DNA of 64,000 nucleotides from Eledone cirrhosa (GCA_964016885.1 OZ024740.1:131688001-131752000); one strand, 5' to 3'; positions 1-13,784 are shown, counted from the first letter of the stretch. The notes: a model not told the origin generated them from the sequence alone. Made by a program: numbers and translations.

Positions 1-209
1 ATGAATCAATATATTTTGTGACATCTTTTTCAATGACACATATTTTTAAAGAACACGGCTTACCTTCAATGTTAAATATACATGAATACATAAAACTATA
101 TTGATATTTAAAGGCACCTAAAAGTAGGAACATAAGATACATTTGAAAACATATATGTCTGTATTTGGATATCTACATATGAATATGGATGTTTGGTGTA
201 AGTCCTTCA

Positions 210-254
<45 letters not shown>

Positions 255-673
255 TATCGTCTGTCAGTGGAAATATATATGGATATACGTGGTAATTGTG
301 ATTCATATCATTTACTATGTTGTATAACATATTGCTATACGGGATTATTATGTTTTAAAAAGAGTATTCTAGCAAATAGGAAGATCTAGCTATCGATTAC
401 ATGTCAAGAACATAATATAAATGGCTAGTCACTGGCATTGGGAATGAGGTGTATTTCATGATTCGCTGTTGGATATTATTTCCCTTGAGTCGGCCATAGT
501 TTATACATTGGAAACTCTTGAATTCTTGAAATATATACTTAATATTTTAATTACCTATTTTAAATTGAAATCGTTTAATTATACCTAGTCAAACAAATAT
601 ATATAAACCGGTTAAAAACACACGCTCTGCGAAGTGTTATAAAGGTTTTCAGTTCTATTGATGAAATCGAACG

Positions 674-839
674 TTAGGAAAAATTGGAAGGCCCTGTTGT
701 GGGGGTAGAAGAAGAAGAAGAAGAAGTGGAAAAAGGCAGGAGGAAACGGATAGACTATTTATGATTGATGTTGGTTTTGTTGAGTTTCATTAATGGCGTG
801 TATTGTAGACAAGGTATATTGGCTGTAACTCACACAAAT

Positions 840-919
<80 letters not shown>

Positions 920-1112
920 TAGACCACATGTGACCCGTTGGGTCACGTTCGCATAAACATAATTTTTAAGTAATTTCATTTCTTCTTCTTCTTCTTCTTC
1001 TTCTTCTTCTTCTTCTTCTTCTTCTTCTTCTTCTTCTTCTTCTTCTTCTTCTTCTTCTTCTTCTTCTTCTTCTTCTTCTACCCCCACAACATGGCCTTCC
1101 AATTTTTCCTAA
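674..1112. repeat. Inverted pair of a short ~35-bp element with (AAG)n tails
   Basis: ttaggaaaaattggaaggccctgttgtgggggtag(aag)n at 674-726 is the reverse complement (1 mismatch) of 1078-1112, which is preceded by a (TTC)n tract at 980-1078. Confidence 0.75.
919..947 (-). mobile_element. Helitron 3' terminus fragment
   Basis: Minus strand reads GTGACCC-aac-GGGTCAC hairpin, short spacer, then CTAG|T, the canonical Helitron 3' end. Confidence 0.55.
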
Positions 1113-1161
1113 TGTCCTTAATGTCTACTTTATGTAAACACTTGTGGTTAATAAAGAAATC
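1113..1161 (+). mobile_element. 3'-end stub of the Tx1-like LINE family, followed by (ATT)n
   Basis: tgtccttaatgtctactttatgtaaacacttgtggttaataaagaaa matches the reverse complement of 48840-48888 (3' end of the full Tx1 element); AATAAA at 1150-1155. Confidence 0.8.
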
Positions 1162-1201
<40 letters not shown>

Positions 1202-3022
1202 TTGCATTTATCTTGCTTTATGTTCATACGAGTTATCACCAAGTCACAACCAGTGACCTCAAGAGACAACAAGGTCCGCCATGTTCAAGAAAGAACATAC
1301 ATATTCACACATGCATCTTTAGTGTTTAGACTTGTGATGTACTTATATTGACAGAATCTTCCTTAGTATATGGGCAGTTCCCATTAGTACTATCTTTTGT
1401 ATTTCTCCTATACGCGGGTTTCCTGGGATTTGCGATAAGAAATCATTAGACCCCTTAGGTATCACCCCCAGAGCGCCTACAACCACTGGTATTGTTTTAG
1501 TTCTCAATTTCCACATTTTTCCAATTTCTATCTCCAGGTCCTTATACTTGCTCACTTTTTCAAATGTTTTTATAGGTACATTCTTGTCTATTGGAACAGA
1601 CATATCAATTAGCAGGCATACCCTCCTTTGAAAGTCCTTCAATATTATATCAGGTCTATTTGCATCTATTTTTCGGTCTGTTTGGATGCTAAAGTTCCAC
1701 AAGATTGAGATGTGATATTTTTCAAGTATGGGAGGTGGTTGATGCTCCCACCAATTCTTTTGATGGGGCATGTCAAAATGCTTACACATTATCCAATGTA
1801 TGTATTGTGCAGCTCTGTCATGCCTGTATAGGTATTCGGTTGGAGCTATAGGACTGCACATTGAAATTATATGGTCAATGGTCTCAAGTTGTTTTTTTAG
1901 AACACGGCATAATGGGCTGCATCCATTTTTTATTATGTTGGCTTGGTAATTTTTTGTTGGCAGACACTGATCTTCTGCTTATAAAATCAGTCCTTCAGTC
2001 TCCGATTTCAGTCCAGAGGATGCCAACCACTGATGGGTTAAAGTTTTGTCAACATCAGGATTGTTAGCTCGTTCTGGGTATTTTCCATACAGAGGCTGTT
2101 CTTGCTATTTCTTAGCCAGTTTCTGTAGCAGTTCTTTCTTTGCAGTTACTTTTACCTGCTTTCCTTTTTCTGTGTTTTCCATTTCAGCAGTAAATGGGAC
2201 TTCTGAAATCTGTATTCCATTACTGTATCTTTGTGCATCTGTTGTAATGGAATATGATCTTTTGATGCTTTCGTGTTTCAAAACGAGTTTGATCATCCAA
2301 TCATGTGATTCCCTTAGATATGTAGATAATACAATTGTTGCAGTTTTCAACGCAATGTCTAACTGGACTAACCCACGCCCTCCTTCTCTGCTAGGGAGAT
2401 ATATTCTATCTATATCTGCATTAGGGTGATGCATTGTGTGCATGTTTAAGAATGTTCGAATTTTTGTATCGAGCCTACGGATCTCTGTGCTTGACCAGTT
2501 AATGACATTGTAACTGTAGGTTACTGCTGGTATGGCAAGCGTGTTTATGGCATCGATCATATTCCTTGCATTCAATTCCGCTCTTAAGATCGCACTTACT
2601 CTGCGGTAACATGCCTTCCTTATCATTTCCCTCGTTGTCGAGTGCTTGATTCCGTTTCCTTCACAAACACCTAGATATTTGTAAGTTTTTTTCTTGATCA
2701 AGTTCTCTTATCACGTTCCCTCGATGAAGATTAATGTCTGAACTCTTCGGCAGCTTTCCTCTGGTGAACATTGCTTTGGCGCATTTATCTAGTCCAAACT
2801 CCATTTTAATGTCATCACTGATATGCTCCACAGTGGATAATATCCCTTGCAATTTTTCATCATTTTTTGCAAATAGTTTCAGGTCATCCATGTAGAACAA
2901 GTGATTAATGGTTTTGTCATAGATTTATATCCATGTTGTGTCTCATTGAGCATTTTACTTAATGGTATAAGTGCGATGCAGAATAAAAGCGGTGATAAAG
3001 AGTCACCCTGAACAATTCCACA

Positions 3023-3024
<2 letters not shown>
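1202..3024 (-). mobile_element. R4/Dong-like non-LTR retrotransposon family B, 5'-truncated and frameshifted
   Basis: ORF pieces 2661-2900 (FYMDDLKL), 2105-2701 and 1343-1861 (RHD, RPD..D, EKVSKY restriction-like endonuclease); 3'UTR matches 47699-47842; (AAT)n on both sides. Confidence 0.92.
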
Positions 3025-3076
<52 letters not shown>

Positions 3077-3082
3077 GTTATT

Positions 3083-5743
3083 ACTCTTGAGTCTCAGTCA
3101 TTGATGTTAGTTAACTGGAAAGTTTGTTGTAATGAATATTAAGCCACTACCTGCAGCCTCAGATATTCAGGACGTATCGGAGGGTTCTTGCTGTTCGCAG
3201 CAAGCATGCCTTTTGAAGCGTTCCAAAAAGCGTGAAGGGGCCGATCTTCTTTAAACATCCCTGGAAACTTTTGGAGATAGTCCCCAGTGCGCCTATGACA
3301 ATCGGGATCACTTTGACTTCATGGCATATCCAAATCCTTTTTACCTCCCACTTAAATCCTGGTATCGGTTAATTTTCTCCCTCTCCTTCTCTTGCACTCT
3401 CGTGTCGAATGGGCAGGCGACAATCCACAATCAGGCACGATCTTTTTACTTTGTCCACAACCACCAGGTCAGGTCTATTGTGTTCCAGTTTCTTGTCCGT
3501 CTGTATCCTAAAATCCACAACACCTTCACCTGATCGTTCTCTATCACCGCCTCTGGCTTATGCTCATACCATTTCTCAGAATGTGGTAAATTGTTTACTT
3601 TGCACAGGTGCCAGTGGATCACCCTGCCGATCACATCATGTCTCCTGCCCTTATATTGGGTCTGGCCTAGGTGTTTTCACTCGGCTACAATGTGAGCCAC
3701 AGTCTCCTCTCTCTCTCCACAGATCCTGCACAGTGGGCTAGCCTCCTCCTTGTAAATATGATGTTTCAACCACTTCGTTTTGAGGGCCTGCTCCTTCGCA
3801 GCCATTAACATTCCTTCTGTAGCCTTTTTAAGGTCTCCTCTTTTCAACCAGTTCTATGTCTGTGGATCTCTAAATTCAGTTTTCTCAAAGAAGGTACTAT
3901 GAAGGGATTTTTCCTGAAGGCTGCTCTTTCTCCTTGATGTTATTTCCTCCTTGAACATCCCCTGGCCTATTGTCCCCTCCTTCAGTACAGTTCTGAGCAT
4001 TGGCTCCTTACTATCAGTCACGTATTTGTGTAGGTTGTTTTTCTCCATCTGAACACAGTCCTCTATGCTGATAAGATCTCTTCCACCCTCAGATCTCCTT
4101 AAGTAGAGTCTATCGACATCATTCCTATTGTGGAACGTGTTGTAGATAGTCAATAGCTTCCTAGTCTTCCTATCCATTTCTTTTTGTTCAGCAACATTCC
4201 ATCTCAGAATTCCCGCACTGTACCTAATAATAGACACAGCTCGGGAATTTACTGCGCTTATGGCATTTCTGCTGTTCAGATGTGACTTCAATACGCTCCT
4301 TACTCTCCGAATGTATTCAGTTCTTAACAATTCCTTCATTTTTTTGTTCTTTATGCCATCAGCCTCCAGAACGCCCAAATACTTGTATACTTCCTCAGAG
4401 TCAATTTCCTTTATCATCTCACCTGTTGGTACCTGGATTCCGTTACTTCTGCTCAACCTACCCCTCCTCATCACAATGACTCCACACTTACTAATACCAA
4501 ATTGCATACATATATCACTGCTGAAAATACGAACAGTGTCAACAAGTACATACAACTCCTTCTCACTCTTCCCGAAGAGCTTAAGATCGTCCATGAAGAG
4601 GAGGTGATTGATGGTAAGCTCTCCCTTTCCCAACCTGTATCCTGCTCTCACTTTTCGCAGTACACTGGTCAGGGGCATGAGGGCAAGGACAAACAACAGA
4701 GAGGACAGGCTATCTCCCTGGAAGATACCTCTCTTGATCTTCACGCTTCCCAAGGATTCTCCAGTTGATGTCAACTCTGTTTCCCAGGACCCCATACTTT
4801 TGCCCCAAAACTGTCTGATGTTATCTGCCACCTTGAAGATCTCCAGGCTTATGGTGATCCAAAAATGAGGCACCATGTCAAATGCGTTTCTGTAGTCTAT
4901 CCATCCCATGGCAAGATCAGTGTGTCTCCTCCTGCAATTCCCCATTACCATCTTATCAATAAGTAACTGGTCCTTTGTACCACGTGACTTCTTTCGGCAT
5001 CCTTTCTGTTCCTCCGGTAACAAGTTGTTTGTGTGGAGGTGATGGTATATTTCCTCAGACACAATGCTCGTCAACAGTTTCCACATTACGGACAGACAAC
5101 TGATAGGTCTATAGTTGGTAACATCATTATCCTTGATTCGGTCTTTCATTATCAGAACTGTGGTACCTTTTGTCAACCACTCTGGTACCTCACCTGACAT
5201 CAAGCAGTCATTGAACATGGTTGTCAGTTTCAGGTGGAGGGATGTTATATTTTTAATCCAATACCCCTGCACACCATCTGGGACTGGTGATTTCCAGTTG
5301 GTTAGTTTTTTGGCCTGCCCCTTAAGAGTTTCAACTGTGATACTCAAATTTAGTTTGTTGGTGTGCCTCTTCACTGATCTCCTTCTGTACTGTCTCAATA
5401 CACACTGCCTGGTCATTATGTCTAACATCCTGCTCCCATATTCCTCTCCAGAATGTTATAGATTGTTCCGCCTCAGGGATCAAATCGTTGCCTCTTTCTT
5501 TCCCTTCAAGCTGTCCAAACAGCATCTTCTGGTTGTTGTCGAACATGCGGTTCTGTTTATACTGACTGACTCTGTTCTCGTATCGCCTGATTTTTGCAAT
5601 CTTTGCTACAATGCGTTGCTTCAGTTCCTCTATGATAATATTTAGCTTTTTCCTCCTAGTTTTGTACTTTATTTCCAGTCTATTTTTAGTGTCTATGCTG
5701 TTTAGTGTCCCATTCAGTAGGGACTCAAGCTTTCCAATGTCAT
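3083..5743 (-). mobile_element. R4/Dong-like retrotransposon family A, 5'-truncated and frameshifted
   Basis: ORF 3854-5428 has RT motifs (QKGCR, WIDY, GIFQGDSLS, LFMDDLKL, YKYLG); closely similar to 38911-42288; flanked by (AAT)n. Confidence 0.93.
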
Positions 5744-5757
5744 TATTATTATTATTA

Positions 5758-5800
<43 letters not shown>

Positions 5801-5801
<1 letters not shown>

Positions 5802-6008
5802 GCAGTTGCATTTATCTTGATTTATGTTCATACGAGTTATCACCAAGTCACAACCAGTGACCTCAAGAGACAACAAGGTCCGCCATGTTCAAGAAAGAAC
5901 ATACATACTCACGCATGTATCTTTAGTGTTTAGACTTGTGATGTACTTATATTGACAGAAGCTTCCTTAGTATATGGGCAGTTCCCATTAGTACTATCTT
6001 TTGTATTT
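5801..6008 (-). mobile_element. R4/Dong-like family B, ~200-bp 3' stub
   Basis: Last codons (QKIVLMGTAHILRK) plus the family B 3'UTR, between (AAT)n tracts. Confidence 0.88.
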
Positions 6009-6028
6009 TTATTATTATTATTATTATT

Positions 6029-7545
6029 TGCATTTATCTTGCTTTATGTTCATACGAGTTATCACCAAGTCACAACCAGTGACCTCAAGAGACAACAAGG
6101 TCCGCCATGTTCAAGAACGAACATACATATTCACACATGCATCCTTAGTGTTTAGACTTGTGATGTACTTATATTGACAGGATCTTCCTTAGTATATGGG
6201 CAGTTCCCATTAGTACTATCTTTTGTATTTCTCCTATACGCGGGTTTCCTGGGATTTGCGATAAGTAGTCGTTAGACCCCTTAGGTATCACTCCCAGAGC
6301 GCCTACAACCACTGGTATTGTTTTAGTTCTCAATTTCCACATTTTTCAATTTCTATCTCCAGGTCCTTATACTTGCTCAATTTTTCAAATGTTGTTATAG
6401 ATACATTCTTGTCTATTGGAACAGACATATCAATTAGCAGGCATACCCTCCTTTGAAAGTCCTTCAATATTATATCAGGTCTATTTGCATCTATTTTTCG
6501 GTCTGTTTGGTTGCTAAAGTTCCACAAGATTGAGATGCGATCTTTTTCATGTATAGGAGGTGGTTGATGCTCCCACCAATTCTTTTGATCGGCAGGTCAA
6601 AATGCTTACACATTATCCAATGTATGTATTGTGCAGCTCTGTCATGCCTGTTTAGGTATTCGGTTGGAGCTATAGGACTGCACATTGAAATTATATGGTC
6701 AATGGTCTCTGGTTGTTTTTTGCATACACGGCATAATGGGCTGCACCCATTTTTTATTATGTTGGCTTGGTAATTTTTTGTTGGCAGACACTGATCTTGT
6801 GCCGATATAATCAGTCCTTCAGTCTCCGATTTCAGTCCAGAGGATGCCAACCACTGATGGGTTAAAGTTTTGTCAACATCAGGATTGTTAGCTCGCTCTG
6901 GGTATTTTCCATACAGAGGCTTTTCTTGCCATTTCTTAGCCAGTTTCTGTAGCAGTTCTTTCTTTGCAGTTACTTTTACCTGCTTTGCTTTTTCTGTATT
7001 TTCCATTTCAGCAGTAAATGGGACTTCTGAAACTTGTAATCCATTACTGTATCTTTGTGCATCTTTTGTAATGGAATATGATCTTTTGGTGCTTTCGTGT
7101 TTCAAAACGAGTTTGATCATCCAATCATGTGATTCCCTTAGATATGTGGATAATCCAATTGTTGCAGTTTTCAACGCAATGTCTAACTGGATTAACCCAC
7201 GTCCTCCTTCTTTCCTAGGGAGATATATTCTATCTATGTCTGCCTTAGGGTGATGCATTCTGTGCATGGTTAAGAATGTTCGGATGTTTGTATCGAGCCT
7301 ACGGATCTCTGTGCTTGACCAGTTGATGACATTGTAACTGTAGGTTACTGCTGGTATGGCAAGCGTGTTTATGGCATCGATCCTATTCCTTGCATTCAAT
7401 TCCGTTTTTAAGATTGCTCTGACTCTGCGGTAACATTCCTTCCTTATCCTTTCCCTCATTGTCGAGTGCTTGATTCCGTCTCCTTCACAAACACCTAGAT
7501 ATTTGTAAGTTTTTTCTTGATCAAGCTCTCTTATCACGTTCCCCC

Positions 7546-7547
<2 letters not shown>
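6029..7547 (-). mobile_element. R4/Dong-like family B, 5'-truncated
   Basis: ORFs 6491-7621 and 6330-6527: thumb region, CRVC..H...C zinc knuckle, RHD, RPD endonuclease motif; (AAT)n at both ends. Confidence 0.92.
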
Positions 7548-7589
<42 letters not shown>

Positions 7590-7756
7590 GGGAGAGTCGT
7601 GGGTACAACTTTCTCAAGCATGCTTTACAGTGGGTCCCGTCGGAATCAACTGTCTCAAATTGATCAGGTCGGATATCTAAGCAAGATCTTGAGTATACCT
7701 CCTGCCAGGTGAATTTTCCCGTAAAATCTGCCCAACGATTCATATCTTAGATAAAT

Positions 7757-7767
7757 TACTACTGCTG

Positions 7768-7811
<44 letters not shown>

Positions 7812-7812
7812 G

Positions 7813-7843
<31 letters not shown>

Positions 7844-7860
7844 CACTACTACTACTACTA
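7757..7860. repeat. (TAC)n microsatellite
   Basis: Direct reading. Confidence 0.95.
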
Positions 7861-9719
7861 ATTTTTATTTCTTTAATATATTAATATTCATATTGCATCC
7901 TCCTTTCAATAGTTACATATCTGAAATATTTTACTTGTTCTTTTCATCTCACAAAAGCCGTTTAAACAATGCATATCCCCCCAAACATGGTAATAACTAA
8001 TTTCGTCTTGTTCAGGTCTATACAAAGCTATTTGATGCAACAATTCATTGAGTGTAATTAGTTCTCTCTTTTTTTTTTATTCAATTAACTAACTGAAATG
8101 ATTGAAATTAATACGATGCGGAATCTTAATGAATATGAATTAAGCTAACATGGGGTCTATGACCACAAGAGTGAGAGTTTGTTATTTCCAAGCGCAATTA
8201 TTTGTTTCATTAAATGGTGAAGACGAAAATTAGAGATAGCAAGCAAGAACAATTAAAATACATTGTATTTAGTCAATGGTCCAAGATCCATGAATATTCC
8301 AACGCCTCTCCCCACTATTTCATGAAAGATATATCAATTCCCTATATATTTGATTATGCACGAGAAAAAATAAAACTACTAAACCCACTGGAATGAGAAA
8401 TGTTGAATTAATGTGTTGTGTTGGCAAATGATGCAAATGTTCAGGCCATGTTTAGTACATTTATTTGTTTTGTATGTATGTTAAATTTCTAGAGTGATTA
8501 GAGGCATATTTGACGCAGTCTCAAGTGATCTACGCAACAAAATTCATTTAGACAGAGCAATGCAGCAAGACATATATCACATCGATATATGATGTGTTAT
8601 ATTAAACATACATTTGCTTTCTAGCTCATAGTTAATAATTTCCCATATCCCGTGTTTAAGAATGTTCCAGCTATTTTCAAAATATGTTGCGATGTGTTCA
8701 TATAGAACAATGTCCCAAGTTTTATAATAGTTACAGCATTTTCTTTCAAAGGAAAACTATTTCTGGTTTTGGGTGAATAGAAAATATAAATAAGATGAGG
8801 TTTTGTTTTTTCTAAATAAAATGATTTCCCGTTTAAATGTAATTTTAGAAGGTCCTTATCGCATTCTAATTACAATTGTTTTTATTTTCGATTATACACA
8901 CACAATAACGAAAATGACATGCTTATCAGACTACGCCGTCAAACACAACAAATACTTATGAAAAGAAAAATTTATTGAGAAGCAATTTTCTAACATTTGC
9001 ATGGCACACATCCGATATCAGGGAAGGTATTTTATAAGCTAGTTATGAAAATCAGTTGTCAAAAACGCATCGTAACGTAGATCATTTACCAGAATAATAC
9101 ACGTTAATCATGCAATAACCACTATTTTCATAAAGTCGAATAATACTTTGACGAGTCTAAACAGAAAATAACCAATTTTCATCTCGTCATTCCGAGTTAT
9201 TCAGTTACACCCCCCCCCCCTCACACACACAGACATTCATACATACATATATATATAAATATATAACAAAGGAATTGTGATAAGGAACCAGATGGACCAT
9301 AACGCACCAGAGTACTCAAGCCGTTTCGGCGTCCAGAAATAGCCGTCGAAACGGCTTGAGCTCTGCTGTCGGGGTCATACTGTTTCCTATATATATACTG
9401 TATATATATATATATATATATATATACTTTTATTTGTTTTCATATACACCTCTACTAAACTTAAATGATGTATTGCTGCTGTCGCCAATTAACTATAACT
9501 ATTATTCTTAAACACTTTGGATCGAATTATCCCACAGGTTCGTTCTAATTGCTCTATTTCGAACTTAAATTTATGGATTGGTACATCTGATGTAATTAAC
9601 TAGTTTATTATTCTTAATAATATTGAGGTTAACTAAGTTACAGTTTAATACAGTATATATAAATATATAACAAAGGAATTGTTATATATGAACTGTTATA
9701 TATGAATTAACTAGTCCAA

Positions 9720-11340
9720 TGATCTGAATAATAAAAACAAACAAAAATGTATTCAGTTTGACATTGCCAGTTACTATTCTTCTATTTCGCCTTCACTCCT
9801 CAACAACGCTCTATCTTTCGCATTTAAATATTCTGATATTACCACAATTGAACTTTACATCATTCTCACCGCAAGAACAACTATCCTGGAATTCAACAAC
9901 GAATATTGGACTAGAGCTGATGCTTCCAACAATTTAGATATGACAATGGGTTCGTCGGATTCAGTGCAATTGCCGGACTAGATTGGTATCTTTATTTTGA
10001 ATTCTTTAAATCTGGAAATTCATCATCTTCGCGGTGGAATGACGATGCCCGTTTTACTGTCTTAAACTGTAACATAGTTAACCTTAATATTATTAAGAAT
10101 AATAAACTTGATCTATTTAAGCACCATAACCTAAAAATTGAATATGAAAACAACGTCAAACTAGCTAACTTCCTGGATATATCTCTTAATCTTCACACTG
10201 GCCTATATTACCCTTACCATAAATACAATGATAATCTAAATTATGTTAATTTTAAATCTAACCACCCCGTTAACGTTAAAAATGCTATAGTCAGTAATAT
10301 TGAAAAAATAATATCAAATCTATCCTATAATAAAGTTATCTTCGACGCTAATGCCAATTATTATAATAATGCGCTTTCCAAAGCCGGTTAATACAGTAAA
10401 GAAACCAATCATCGAAGGACTTATAGTAAAATAGTTAGTTATGAACACTCCATTAACTTAAATAAAAAACCTAGATACAAAAATATGATTTGGTACAACG
10501 TTCCTTTTTCTCTATCTATTACTAGTAATATTCCTAAACTATTTTTTAGGGCCTTAGATAAGTGCTTCCCTCCCTCGCATATCTATCGTAAGATCTTTAA
10601 CAAACATACAATCAAATTCTCTTATTCCACCACTTCCAACATCTCTAACATTATCTCTAAACATAATAACAAAATATTAAATAATAAATTATATCCATCC
10701 AACATTGAGCGTCATAATAATAGCAATAGTAAACCCAACGTCAATGTTAACTCTAGGCTAGATTCAGTAAATGTAAATACGACGTCAAAAGTAAATTTGT
10801 CGAATGTTCATAACACCAATCTAAATCTGGAAACTTTAGCACCTATCGTAAATAACTTCTCCAATCCAATTCCTTCTATAAATAATACTAGGTCACTTAT
10901 TAATAACTCTGGTAATTTCTCTAATCGTAATTGTAATTGCCCTGTTCGAACTAAATATCCTCTTAACCAATGTCTTGATAAACAATTAGTGTATGAATGT
11001 AAGGTACTAATTCGTTTACCGATTTTGGTTCCACTTCCACCTCCTTTAAAGCAAGATTTTATAATCACAATTCGTCTTTTAAATACCGACTTAAAATAAC
11101 TAACACGGCACTCTCAGAACTCATATGGTCCTTAAAAGACAAAAATATTAACTACAACATTTCTTGGAGGAAGGTTTGCAACGCCTCTCCTTACCGTAAT
11201 TCTTCCCTATCTAGAACATGTAATCTCTGCCTAGCCGAGAAATTTACCATTATCTCTAATTTTAATTATATAATAAAGAGACGTACGGATTCATTTTCGC
11301 TTTGCATAAATCCCATAGAACTTTCCACAAAGTATACCGC
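9720..11340 (+). mobile_element. Decayed Penelope-like element (RT + GIY-YIG endonuclease)
   Basis: Translates in pieces to IQFDIASYYSSIS, DMTMGSSDS, NFLDISLNL, SNHP, IWYNVPFS..FPPSHIYRKIFNKHTIKFSYS (ORF 10485-11099), CNC, LVYECKV, FKARFYNH, LSELIWSLK, CNLCLAEK. Confidence 0.85.
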
Positions 11341-12276
11341 TAATACCTCACTACCTAATTAGTTTAAAATCTTCTTTTCTCAAATGCTTTTATATCTTTT
11401 ACAAATATTTCAGGATATTATACATTATTTCAGAATATTATATTATACAATTTACTCATTCTATGTCGTTAGCGGTCCCCTATTTTTGTTATTTTTATCC
11501 TTTTTACCTTTTTCTTTTTTTTTATTTCTAATCTTTAATCTGTAACTTTTACTTCTCAATTACTTCTTAATTCATAATATTACCCACTATAGTATTTTCC
11601 TAATATGCTTGGCCATACAAACTATATATTTTAATATATACTAATATTACCATTAGTACATTTTGTAAACATATTCTTTTTTGTCGTTATATATTGTTTC
11701 TTCCTTAAATGTTCTCCATTCTTCTCTCCTTCCGTGTTCGTATTAAAGCTATTATTCACTTTTTCATATTACAATAGACATAACCAAACTTAGACCCTAA
11801 CTAATTCCTCTAATTTCATAATTCATTTAATCTCTTCTTTATTCACCTTATCTCCTTAATATTTTTATTTTAATAATACATATTAATAAATTCCTTTTGG
11901 CACATATTATTAAACCCTTCAATATATAAACCTTAAATAAATACTATTCTTAATTCATTTTTCTGTAATCATAAACATCATCATTCATAAACCTCATTAA
12001 CTTTTAATTTCAAATGTTTTTTGTTTTATTATATTTATTATCTTACAACGGTTTGTATTAGTTTCTCTCTGTGAGACAGTGTTTCTCAGTATTAAAGGCT
12101 ATCTCGCACTCTCTCTCACTCATTTTTCCTCCTCTCTCATCCATCCTTCTTATACTCCCCCCCCCCCCCCCGTCATCCTTTATTTTCTTTCTTCCTCTTC
12201 CTTACCTTTTCCTTCCCCCTTCCATCTTTTTTTTCCCCAATCTCATATAACCATATTTTCCGAGCAGTGTAATACA

Positions 12277-12677
12277 ATTGAATATAAAGGAGAGATAAAC
12301 ATAGATATAAACATACATGTGTTCAAATTGTAATGGACCAACTTCGCTAGTTAGAAGAAAATACTAACTATTAACTATATGTTTTGCCAAACTCAATTTA
12401 AAATAATAAATCAAGAAAAAGCAAAAGATACCTATATATGGCAACTGCCGAAACACCCAGTCCGCTCTGATGGCTGTTTTGCAATTATTAGCGAAGGAAA
12501 TTACCAATTCTTTGCTCATCAGTGGCTGTAAAATTAGTAATTCCTTCGCTTCTAAGTATCTCAGAAGTCTGGCAAACCATATAGTTAATACTTAGTATAT
12601 TTTTCTACCTAGCGAACTTGGTCCCTTACAATTTGAACACATGTATGTTTATATGTGTTTATCTCTCCTTTATGTTC

Positions 12678-12682
<5 letters not shown>
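12277..12682. repeat. Imperfect inverted repeat, ~115-bp arms
   Basis: 12277-12393 is the reverse complement of 12566-12682; the spacer holds a decayed CTGATGA hammerhead-like motif on the minus strand. Confidence 0.8.
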
Positions 12683-12741
<59 letters not shown>

Positions 12742-12811
12742 AAGGTTTAGCAAAAATAAGGAAAAAGTTTCAAGATAAATTTTAAAAAATTAACATTACC
12801 TACTATAGTTA

Positions 12812-12893
12812 CCTTTACCGAATCGGTTTCGAATCTCAAAAATAAACGGAGTCCATACGGCCTTCGTTGCAAAGAAAGATTCTCGTCAGAAGC
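12812..12893 (-). ncRNA. Type I hammerhead ribozyme, intact core
   Basis: Minus strand: CTT-CTGACGA-GAATCT..(long loop)..AGATTC-GAAA-CCG-att-CGG-TA^-AAG; stems I, II and III all pair. Confidence 0.75.
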
Positions 12894-13060
12894 TTCTTTA
12901 CATTCGAAGAATATAAAATTCTCGAACTTAAATTACAAACTTGGCGCTATTCAAAATTGTTCCCGAGATGAGAGTAAATGAAGTGGAATCAATTTTTTCA
13001 AGGGCATATATATATATAAATACACATAAGAAAAACCACAGACCCTCCATCTCAACTCTA

Positions 13061-13096
13061 CTTTTGAAAAGCAGAAGAACTGCGAAACCGGTAAAG
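13061..13096 (+). ncRNA. Minimal type I hammerhead ribozyme, U3-A8 core variant
   Basis: CTT-TTGAAAA-GCAG-aagaa-CTGC-GAAA-CCGG-TA^-AAG; palindromic stem III (ACCGGT). Confidence 0.7.
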
Positions 13097-13164
13097 GAAC
13101 CAAATAAATATATATTTCTTTTTTTAAATAAGACTCCAGTTGCATTTTCGATTCCATTTGTTTT

Positions 13165-13200
<36 letters not shown>

Positions 13201-13210
13201 AAAACAAATG

Positions 13211-13284
<74 letters not shown>

Positions 13285-13422
13285 AGTGTAATTTTCTACA
13301 CAAAACGAAGGTTATAGAGAAAATTGAGGTTGGTAATGGCACATGGAATATATAAGAGACAGAATACTTTTTTGTGAAAAAACATATAATTTTATAAGGT
13401 AAGGAAATAATAAAGGGTATAA

Positions 13423-13470
13423 AAAATGACCAGTTTCGATGGGTCTGCAAAAGCCATCTTTTCAAATGTT
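13423..13470 (-). ncRNA. Minimal type I hammerhead-like motif, U3-A8 variant
   Basis: Minus strand: AACAT-TTGAAAA-GATGG..CCATC-GAAA-CTGG-TC^-ATTTT; stem I imperfect. Confidence 0.55.
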
Positions 13471-13784
13471 GATTAATATTAAGAAAAATTAATAATACGA
13501 AGAGTTAAAATTTGAGATTTGAAAATTCAAGTATAAAATTCATTGTGGGATTTCATAGTAGTTTTCATCTAGGTAGCAACAACAGGTTGACTGCTGTGTC
13601 CCTTTCTGGTAGTGAATGAGAAGTTATTTGGGGTGTGGGTTATTTTATAAAGGTCAGATTTAGCAATGGCCAACTGGCCAGCTGCTGGTCAGTGAGGGGG
13701 TGGAAGCAATATACATACACATATATTCCTGTGGTGGGTAGGAGAGTGGAGTGTGATAGAAAGGGATTTAGTGCACTTACACCT

